In this document: positions 40,301-52,300 of the stretch, piece by piece
How positions within the stretch are numbered: the stretch's first letter is position 1
How the letters are laid out: each line of letters opens with the position of its first letter
Assembly (NCBI GenBank): GCA_031385005.1
Contig: JANNBB010000026.1
Coordinates: forward strand, 151,478 to 215,477
Origin: Bacteroidota bacterium
GTDB taxonomy: Bacteria > Bacteroidota > Bacteroidia > AKYH767-A > 2013-40CM-41-45
Reading direction: 5' to 3'
Length of the DNA stretch: 64,000 bases
The notes under the pieces: generated by a model
What the model was told of the DNA's origin: nothing
Seen by the model: only the letters and a program-made list of their open reading frames with translations
The model's database searches: none
Translations under genes and position numbers: made by a program

Positions 40301-43300
40301 ATCGGATACTCACCTTGATCCTTACTATGTAGCGACAACAAGCGGCAACTGGAGCAATCCTGCAATTTGGAGTTCAGGAATTGTCCCGGGATTAGCAAAC
40401 AATGCAATAATTGACTTGGGCACAGTAGTAACGACAGACGGAACAAATCAATGCAAAAGTCTAACGATTAATCCCGGCGGAACATTAAATGTCCCAAACA
40501 ATTCAATTTTAATTGATAATTCTCTAAGCAACAATGGAAATTTAAATGTTACAGGTGGTGATTTAATAATCAACGGAGGACAGCAAACTGCACAGGGATT
40601 CACAACAACGAGTGGAAGCAACACAGTCATATTATCCGGAACATTTACTATAGGCCCGCTTTTAGGAGGGAATAAACGATGGATACAATCTGGTGGCACG
40701 GCAACAATAGCAGGAGGAACAATTAATATAAACGGCAGTATATTAATTTCAGCAGGGAATTTTAATCAAACAAATGGCAATATTATAATCGACGGCAACA
40801 ATGGGACATCGGCTTCCGGAAGTGTTGCAAATGGGCTCCATTTGTTTCAGGTAACCGGGGGTACGCTTTCATGTAATGGTGGAACAATAATGATTGTTGA
40901 CCCTCCTTTTGTCGCATCAAAAAACAGTTTAGCAATTTCAATAAAAACTACAACAACAAGCACAAATGCCTTCACAGGAACACATACATTTATTTTTGGA
41001 AATGGAATTTCCAACACTGTTGGATATAATGTAACCGGTTTTTGCATGGAGACTTATTCATCTTCCTCAGGGGGCCGTGTTCCTCTAAAAAATGTCATTA
41101 TAAACTCCGGAAATGCATCAGGAAGATTTGTCAGAAACACATTAGTGAATACAAACGGTACACAAATTCAAGGAACATTAACTATTAATCCCAATTCAGA
41201 ATACAGGATTGCAACCAATACAATTAGTCGTGATTGTATCGGAGGCCACATAATCAATAATGGAACATTAACAGCAAGTGGGACACTTACGTTGGGAGGA
41301 GAAAATGGAATATATTCAATTTACAATCCACAAACGATTAGTGGAACCGGAGTTTTTCAAAATCAACAAATTTCGTCAACTGCAAATTTCTCCGGAATCA
41401 CTTTAAATAACCCGGGAGGAATTACATCAACTATAGGCAACATAAGCTATTCCGGTATATTGACATTCCAGAATGGAAATTTATCCTTTGGTAATAATAA
41501 AATTGAACAAATTGCCGGAGGAAGTATTGCCGGAAGTTTTGGCGCTTCCAGTCATATCAAAGGAAAGTTTCAACAACACACAAATACAGGTTCGTTTGTT
41601 CTTAATTTCCCAATTGGGGATAATCTAAACTACTCACCGGTTTCGATAATTGGAGCTGCCGGATCGGTTATTACACCCGGCGACATACTCGTTAGCACCT
41701 TTCCTTCAGAACATCCGTTGATTTCAACTGCAAACATAAATTCATCAAAAGACATTACACGACACTATACGCTTCAAAGTTTGAATGGTATTACATATAC
41801 TACGGGTTCACTAAGTGTAATACTTAATTGGACCAATTCTGATATCGATGCAGGAGCTAATACAACCAACTTCGTTCTTGGGAAAACAGAAAATGGCGGT
41901 TGGGTTTACCCTACAATAAAAAGCAAATCGGCAAACAACATTTATGTGACAGACGTTTCTTCACTTGGTGATTTTATTGTTGGAGAAAAATGTAACTTAA
42001 ACACCAACTTTAGTTATCCTAATTCCCCATATTGTAATAATGGAACTGTGACTCCACAATTTAATAATGGAGGAATTGCCGGTATTTTTACGGAACCATC
42101 AGGATTAGTATCAATTAATTCAAACACAGGAGTTATTAATCTTGCCTCCAGTACTCCCGGCACCTATATCATTACTAATACGATTGCTAACACCGGATGC
42201 CAACCGTCAAGCAGCACTGCCAACATAACCATCATTGGAAATTCAGTGGCTACTGTTAACATTACATCCTCTGCCAATCCAACATGCTCCGGCCTGCCTT
42301 TAACTTTTACTGCCGTTCCTGTAAATGGCGGTAACCCAACTTATCAGTGGCAATTAAACAATGTTAATGTCGGAACAAATAGTGCTGTATATACAAACTC
42401 CAATTTGACAAACGGAAGTATAATAAAATGTATAATGACGACAAGTCTGACTTGTGTTGCCGTTAACCAGGTTACTTCAAATATTCTAAGTATAACAGTT
42501 AACAGCACTCCGGCAGCACCAATTGTAACAATACTTGGATCCACAACAATTTCCTGCGGAGGGTTTGCAACACTTTTATCCAGTTATCAGGGAATTGGCA
42601 ATACATGGTCACCGGCAGGAATAATGAATGATACTTTAATTACAACAGCGGGAACTTTTTCAGTTACATATACAGACAGCAATAATTGCACTTCCTCTCC
42701 ATCCCTTCCTGTAATTATATCTCTTGTAAATCAAACAGGACCCTTGAATGGATCTTTTACAATAAACCCCGGCATAACCAGTTGCACCAATTACAATTCC
42801 CTTTACGCAATAATAAGTGAGTTAAATACAAGAGGTATAAATGGAACAGTAACAATTGATGTTCCATCAGGATATACTGAAACTGCACCATCGGGCGGAC
42901 TTCAAATTAAAATGTGTGGATTACCCGATTCAATACAGCCGAAAAACACGCAGTCAATTACTTTCAGAAAAACAGGAAGCGGAAGTAATCCATTACTTCT
43001 TGGAAACATTGGCAATTCTACTCAGGACGGAATCGTTAAAATTATTGGAACAGATTATATTACTTTTGATGGTATTGATGTCAATGATACAATGTCAACA
43101 GGTAATAGCGCATCACAAATCGAATGGGGATATGCATTGTTGAAATGTAATGGCACAAAGGGCTCCTCACATAATACCATTAAAAATTGCAACATATCTT
43201 TACAAAAATCAAATATATCGTCATCCGGGATTTATCTGAACAACCATACTGAACAATCGAATGTCCCTCTTATTTATTCAGGAAGTCAGGGATCAGATCA

Positions 43301-46300
43301 GGCATTCAGAAGCTCCTTTAATGTCTTCTCAGGAAATAGCATTTCCAATTCATATAGTTCTGTTAGTTTATCCGGATCCAATTTTTTCAATGACTCTTTA
43401 AACGAAATAGGAAAATCGGGTTCTTCACCCAATTTATTTTCGAATGTTGGTGGCGGAGTTTTTGCCACTTCAATTATTTCTGTAGCTAACCAACAACGGG
43501 TTAAAATAAATAATAACATTCTTAATGGAGGTGACGGTACGACCGGCGTTTTAAACGGAATCTTCGCCTACCCCAGCTCAGGATTTTCAGGAGATATTGT
43601 AAATAATTCCATTCGATTATCGAGTGCTTCTTCCGCAGTGAATGGAATAAATGGAATTAATATTTCAGACGGAACATTCGGTGATAGAATCAACATCACG
43701 GATAACATAATTGAAGATTGCAATTTTTCAATTGGCACAACCGCTGATTTTAATGCAATACTTTCATCATATAGCGGACCGGGAATTGTCGATATCAGCA
43801 GAAATAGCATTCGTAATAACAATCTGACTACCCCATCTTTCGGTTCTTTTACCGGCATCAATACAAGTGGAAGTCCTCAGACTTTGAATGTAGCTGCAAA
43901 TTCAATTACCGGAAACAACTTATCCGGCTTCGGAGTATTTAATGGTATCAATATTACTGACTCACTAAATCCGGTTATTGTTTCAGAAAATATAATTTCT
44001 TTCAATTACAAAACCGGACAAGCAGGAACCCTAAATGGAATATCAATTAATGCAGCGAATAGCCAAACAATTAATTCCAACATCATAAGTGAAAACGGAC
44101 TGCCTTTTTCAAGTGGGAACAACTCAGTTTTTATTTCAGGAATAACAGGAAATTTTGGAACAGGAAATGAAACAATTAACAGAAACAGGATTCGGAAATT
44201 ATTTATTTTAGGATCAAACAGCAGTCAGCAAGTAATTAACGGAATTCGTTATCATGACAATGCATCATCCCGCGAGATAAACAATAATTCAATTGACAGT
44301 CTATACTCTTTAAATAATTCAACAATAACAGGAATTTATTCAGGATTGGCACTAGGGACGGTAAATATTTCTGCAAATAAAATATTTGACGTTAATAGCG
44401 GTGGGGCATCTGCATCTGCTTGCGGCATACTTACGAATTATGCTCCGCAATTAGTTACAATATCAAATAATATTATTGGCCGACTTTATACTCCAACTTC
44501 TACAAATTCAAATGCGATAAGAGGAATGGACATCAGCGGAGCGACAAGCATACGCATTTATTATAATACAATTAATCTTGATGCAGTAGGCAACAATGTA
44601 TCTTTCGGAAGTTCCGGACTTTTTGTATTGTCAACTTCGCTACTAGATCTGCGTAATAATATTATCATTAATAATTCACTTCCAGGAGGATCTGCGGGCG
44701 CTGACGGAGTAACAGCAGCATTCCGCAGAAATAATTCAACACTTACAAATTACTCAAACTCTTCCAATAATAACTTATTTTATGCAGGAATTCCCGGTCA
44801 AAATAATGTAATTTATTGTGAAGGATTTGCAAACCCGGTTGTTAATGTAGCATCATCAATTCTGGATTACAAAGCAATATCTACACTTAGTCCGAGGGAT
44901 TCGGCATCCGTAAGCGAAAATGTATCCTTCACTTCATTGTCCGGAGCTGACTCGCTTTTTTTACACATCAACAACAATGGATTGACCTATGTTGAAGGAA
45001 ATGCCAAACCAATTAACGGATTTACCACAGATTATGATACTGAATTGCGAAATGTTATCAATCCGGATATCGGAGCTGATGAAGGAGGTTTTACCGGAAT
45101 CAGACCATCGATAGCCGTTGTAATTCCGAATCCCGGTACAGGGCAATGTTCTGCGGTTGCTCATACGATAAATGCAAACGTTATTCCCGGTTTAAATCCA
45201 ATAACTTCGGTGATTCTATCGTATTCTTTCGGGAGCGCCACACCCATCAATTTAAGCATGACTCATCTTTCCGGAAACAACTGGAGCGCAACAATTCCTT
45301 CGGCAAGTCCTTCCAATGCTGTAGTTAACTGGACAATTAACGCAACAGATGGAACTTATTCGCAAGTAGTATCCGGAAACTACCAAGATGAAATATATTC
45401 TCAGTATTCATTAAATATAAATGCAAGTACAACACCGGGAAACGTATGTTCATCGGGAACAACTCAACTGCTTGCTTCGGTAATTGGTACGGCAACAACT
45501 TCCAATACATATTGCCTACCCGCTCAAAACAATTCCGGAAACTGTATTTCAAATGTTGAGTTCAACACGTTAAACAATTCTTCTGGATCCTGTTTATCCA
45601 ACACTTATACATTGTTTCCTCAATCGGGATCAACTACTACGACTGTGGTATCCGGACAATCTTATCTTTTACTAACCACTAACGTTACCAATTCAATGAC
45701 ATGGGTATGGATCGATTTTAATGGGAATGGAATTTTTGAAACGGCTGAAGGGAAATTAATTTATGGTTCAGCAAGTTCCGGATTTACAACAATTTCCATC
45801 CCTGCATCAGCGGTAATTGGAGCAACAAGAATGCGAATACGTTCAACTATACCAAATGGAATTTTAAATTCAGCAAGCTCCTGTACTTCGATTACAACAG
45901 GCGAAACAGAAGATTATCTGATAAATATTATTCCTCCATTAACATATTTATGGTCGCCATCAAACGGATTATCGGATTCGTCGATTGCCAATCCTCTAGC
46001 GACAGTAAATGCGACATCTACATATTTTGTTTCTGCTTATGATAAATATGGATGTACACTTCCTTCATTAACAACTTCAATAAATATTCAAGTATTAACC
46101 CCGCCTACACCACCGATTGCAAACAATTCTATTCAATGCGGCACCGGAATCCCGCCATGTTCTGTAACCGGCACAGGCGTAAAACGCTGGTATTTGAACG
46201 ATTCTATTGTTAGTCCTCTATCCGGAGAAAGTGGAAATTTTTTAGTTGCTTATTCAATTAACACTACAAAGCATTTCTGGGTTTCTGTGTTTGATGGAAG

Positions 46301-49300
46301 TTGCGAAAGTGGAAGAACAGAAGTTGTTGCTTTTGTAAATCAACCCGATCCTATTTCGGCAAATGCTTCAACAGTTTCTACGTGTACCACAAATCCCATT
46401 AATTTATCGGTTGTTCAGAATGGAGCGAATAATCAATATACCTATTCATGGACTGCATTACCAATAACAGGCAGTGGAATTGCAAGTCAAATAAGCGGTC
46501 AAAATATAACTGTTGTACCAACTGCACCCGGGACTTATGTTTACAAGGTAAGAGCAACAGACATTTCTTTAAATTGTTTTACAGAAGCAACAATAACAGT
46601 TATAGTTAGAGAGCCAAGAATTTCCGGTTTGGTTGCCAGTGCAACTTCTATTTGTCCGGGTACAAATGACACTTTATCTGCTTTTACAACCCTCAACGGA
46701 CAAGCTACTATAGGCACGGGAAACTTGACCAATTCAATAACAAATGGATGGCCGACACCTTATGGCGGATATTATGGGGGAACAAGAAGCCGCTACCTGA
46801 TCCTTGCAAGTGAATTAACATCAGCGGGATTACTTGCAGGAGCAATCAGATCCTTATCCTTTAATGTTGTCCAACTCGGCGGAGTTGCCACCTTTAACGG
46901 GTTCAACATTAAAGTGGGACATACTAACCTAACTTCCCTCCCAACAACCTTCCAGTCCGCTTCACTCACTTCTGTTTTTGGTCCGGCAAATTATGCTCCT
47001 GTTTCAGGAATAAATACTCATAATTTTTCAGTTCCATTTTTGTGGGATGGAATTTCGAATCTACTGATTGAAATTTGTTTTAATAACAATGCAAATACAA
47101 ATGCAACAGGAAATATGTCATGTAAATCAACTGCAACAAATTTTACATCAGCTATTCATTTCGGTGCAAATTTCAACAGTTCAGTTTGTGGAAATTTATC
47201 AACACTTGGTCAGCAAATGCAGCGACCAAATATGATAATTAGCGGGCAGGTACTTTCACCCGGACAGGGCTTGATAAACTGGGTTTGGAATCCGGGAGGG
47301 ATTACCGGCAACAGTATTGTGGTTAATCCCACATTATCTACTACTTATACGGTTATTGCAACAAATACAAGTACAACTTGCACAAGTTCGAATAGCATTC
47401 ATATAAATGTTCGATCAACACCACCTCAACCTACAGCTCACGATTCGGTTCATTGCGGAACCAACGTACCGCTTTGTTTTGTTAATGGAATTGGAAATGT
47501 ATATCGCTGGTATAATTTACCTGTTGGCGGCAATTCCATTCCCGGAGAATCGGGATCTACACTTAATCAATATACATCAGGAAATCCGACAACATTTTAC
47601 GTATCAGAATTTGATGGAACATGTGAAAGTCCTCGTATAGCAGTAAATGAAGGAGTAATAAAACCTGATTCTGTTTTTGCTGCTACTTCTGCAGGACCCT
47701 ATTGCATTGGGTCCACAATAAATCTATTTACGATTCAGACAGGTAATACAAACACTTATGTTTATTCATGGAATTCTAGTACTTCATCCGGCAGTGGATT
47801 ACCTGCTCCTCAAATGGGTCAATCTATTGCGATTGTACCAACGCATAGTGGCACCTACACGTATACGGTTACGGCAACGGAAGGCAATTGTGCGACAGTA
47901 TCATCCGTTACGTTAACAATAAATGAAAATCCAATCATTACTGCTGCTACAGCAAATCCAATTAGTTTATGTTTAGGAGAACAAATAACGTTGCAAGCAA
48001 AATCTTTTGTAACAACATCTCCGGCTGCAGTTATTGGGTCAGACACATTAACAAATACAGCAGGAACTTATCCTACTCCATTTGGACACTCATTCGGTGG
48101 AGCGAAAGAACAATATTTAATTCCTGCTTCAGAATTGTTTGCTTCCGGCCTTCAACCCGGCAATATTACTTCATTAGCAATTGATATAGTTGATCTGCCC
48201 CTAATTGGTAGCTCTGTATTTCAAAATTTTTCTATAAGTATGGGGAGAACCAATCTGACCAACCTCCCTCCTTCTGTTCAAACAGGAATAAATGGAATGA
48301 CGCAAGTTATATTTATCCCATTTGATACCATACATACGGGAATAAACAACTATACATTCAATAATCCATTTAACTGGGATGGATCCACCAATTTATTAAT
48401 TGAAATTTGCTTTAATAACAATGACAATGGAGGTGGACAAGGAGGTAATGCAGTAGTCAGACAAAGCTTAACCAGTTATGTTTCTACGACCGGCTATCAC
48501 ATTTCCAATCAACAAAACGTTTGTTCAACAAATGGGAATGCAAGTATTAATACCTTTTACCGACGACCGAACTTTCGATTAGGTGGAATTGTAGGAAATG
48601 ATCTTACATCAACCCTTTCATGGAATTGGACACCGGGAAATCTTTCCGGCTCACTTGTGAACATACAAACTAGTTCACCGGGTAATAATACCTATACGGT
48701 AAAAGCGACAAATACAGTCGGATGTACCAGTGGTGCGGGAGTTAATGTATTTGTGTATTCACAATCTCCTCCTCCAATTGCAACTAACGGATCGCATTGT
48801 GGAAATAAAGTACCCAACTGTTCAGTAACCGGTTTAACAGGAATATTTAAGTGGTATCTGAATCCTACAGGAGGGACATCCTTAGCAGGAGAAACCAATG
48901 GAACTTTAAACTCTTATGTGATCGGAACAACTACGACTTTTTATGTATCAGAATTTGATGGTTTGTGTGAAAGCATTCGAGTACTCGTAATTGAAACAGT
49001 AATACCAACAGATTCAATAAACATTATTGCTTCTTCACCGGCTGTTTGCCAGGGGATACCAATAACACTAATCGCCAACCAAAACGGCAATACGAGTAAT
49101 TATTCGTTTAACTGGACGAGCTCAACAGGAGGAGGGTTATTAACAACAAGTGGAAATCAGGTTACTGCTACTCCAACAATAGCGGCAACCATCACTTATA
49201 CTGTTGATGCTTTGGATATCACATCCGGCTGCAGATGGATTTCAACTATAAATGTTACCTCAAACCTTTCGCCGGTTGTTACGACTACCTCTCAAGCCGA

Positions 49301-52300
49301 TACAATTTGTTTGGGTGCAGTCACACAACTTATTGCCTCGGCCAATTTAGCCGGAAAAGCTCTGCAGTTAAATGGAATTAATCAATATCTTACAATACCG
49401 CCTTCAGCATCTTTAAACTTTACAACTAATTTCACATTAGAACTCTGGATGAATCCGGGAAGTCTGGATGCAGGAAGAGGATTGCTGAGTAAAAACCAAT
49501 CAAATCCAAATGGGTCCTATTTTCTTCGTCTGGGAAATGCTTTTCCTTTTTCAGGTTTATCTACAGGAGGACAAAATACCATTAATGCTCCATTGGGTAG
49601 TCTAAGTCTTAATACCTGGTATCATGTAGCTGTTGTTTATTCCAATTTAAGTGGAACGAATAACAATGTAACTATTTATTTAAACGGTAATGTAATAGCT
49701 ACCGGCATTTCTACTGTAGGTCTGAATACGGATTCATTACGAATAGGAATTGACTATGGAAACGTTACCTTCTTAGGGTTGATTGACGAAGTACGAATAT
49801 GGAATAGTCCATTAAACATTTCCACTATTCAAAATTGGATGAATAAACCATTGGACAATTCTCATCCGAATAATTTAAATCTTAAAACTTATTTCGATTT
49901 TAATTTCCCAAGTGGATTGACGATAACAGATTTAAGTGGAAACGGGAACCATGGATTCATAGTTAATAATGCATCAATATTACCTTCGAACGCACCAATA
50001 AATGCAGGTATTACCTATGCTTGGTCACCAACTTCAGGGCTAAGCAATCCAGCCGTTTACAACCCGATTGCAAGTACTACTTTACCGGGAATTCAAACAT
50101 ACAATGTAACGGCAACGGCACAAAGTGGGTGCTCTTCCGGATCTACTTCACTTTTTTACGCATCTCTTTCAGCCCAGGATCCGATAATTACTTCTGCATT
50201 AGGATCAATTGTTTTTTGTAACACAGGAAGTGATTTACTGACTTTACAAAATGCAAGAATCGGAAACCAAATCAAGTGGCAGATTTCTACGGACAACATA
50301 ATATGGCAGGATATACCGAATGCAAATGGAATTTCATATCAAACTTCTGCGTTCACAAGAACAACTTATTTCCGCTCTATTGTTTCCTGTACAGGAAGTG
50401 ATACATCAAATGTTTTGCAATTGACAATAGATGTTCCAACAATTACTTCGACAACAGGAGCCATGCGGTGCGGAAGTGGACAAGTATCACTCCAGGTAAC
50501 GGGTAACGGAAACATTAACTGGTTTGCTAATTCAACGGGAGGCAATTCGTTATTTAATGGCAATACATACCAGCCGACTGTTTCAGTGAGCACTACTTTT
50601 TGGGTTGAGTCGAACATCAACGGTTGTTTATTTTCCGGAAGTCGCCAACCGGTTGTTGCATCAGTTATTCCGGCGCCACTAATCAGTTCATCGAGTTCTG
50701 CAAATTTGATTTGCTCAGGTTCATTTGTCAATTTGAGTGCAATCAGTAGTAACGATCCAAACTACTCTTATGTATGGACACCGGGAAATCTTATCGGTGC
50801 ATCGGTATCCGTTTCACCAAATTTTACTACAATTTATACTGTAACAGCGACTGATACAACTTTGGGCACAAATAATGGCTGTATCGCCACATCAACGAAT
50901 CAGATTTCGGTGAGCACTACTCCTCCTGTGGCAATAATTAGTCCATCATCACCATCAATTTGTAGCACCGGTGGTTCTGTGTCACTTTCAATTTCGAATA
51001 TTTTTCCGAGTACGGTATACCGATGGAATCCGGGAAATTTTCAAGGATCAAGTTATACTGTTTCGCCAACAACAACTACAACCTATACGGTTACTGCTAC
51101 GAAAAGTCCGGGGTGTACAAGTACGGCAAACGTAACGGTAAATTATTCTCCGGTTACACAACCTGTAATCTCAACACAAAACATATTTACTGTTTGTCAG
51201 GGCGACTCAATCACTTTGAGCACTGCAGGAAGTTATACAACATATAATTGGTTTATCGGCACAACAAATATTGGAAGCTCCCCTTCCATTACAATTTCTC
51301 CATTGTCCAACGTACTTTGTTCATTAATTGTCTCAAATGGATCCTGTTTTGCAAATACAACTCAAGCGATTACCGTAAAACCATTTATTCCACCCACTGT
51401 TTCATCAACAAATAATCAAACTGTTTTTTGTGAACAGGATAGTTTATTATTGTCAATTAGCCCCTCCTATCAAAGCTATCTATGGAAAAAAGGATTAGTT
51501 ACTGTATCCACTGCGCAAAATTTTTATGCACTAACATCAGGTATGTATACTGCTAATGTTACTTCGGCAAATGGTTGTACAGCTACCAGAAATATTACAA
51601 TTACAACAAACCCTTCTCCGCCTGTAGCACTTATTTCCACAGCAGGACCAATCTTACTGTGCGATGATGGAAGTAATTCACCCTCTATATTATTAACTGA
51701 TACAACAGGTTCAGGTCCAAATTCCACACTTATCTGGAATGACCTTGGAGGATCAACCGGCAATACTCTATCTGTAAACTATAACGATTTGGATCTATTA
51801 ATAAACGGCAATTCATTCAATTATTACTTTACAGTTACAAATAGTTTTGGTTGTTCTAAAATTTCAAATCTTGTTACAGCAACTACACTTCCCTGCTCTG
51901 CAAATGTTTCATTAAATGTTCGACTATTTTTGGAGGGCTTTTATACTATGGGTGGCAACGGACTGATGGATAATCAAGGTTCAGGTGGCTGTCTCTATTT
52001 AAATGGAATTTCAACTAATCCTTTCGATGTTGATACGGTTACAATTAGTTTAGTAGATGCTTCAACCTTTGCACTAGCAGAGTCTTCCAAGGGAATATTA
52101 AAAACCAATGGCAATGTCAGTGTTTCTTTTCAGAGTCCGGTAGTGCCGGGTTTAAGTTATTATATAATTGTCAATCACAGGAATTCGATTGAGACATGGA
52201 GCGCAAACCCTGTTACTATGAATTCAATTACAAATTATGATTTTACACTATCTCAATCTCAAGCATATGGTAATAATATGGTCAATACTTTAGACGGCCT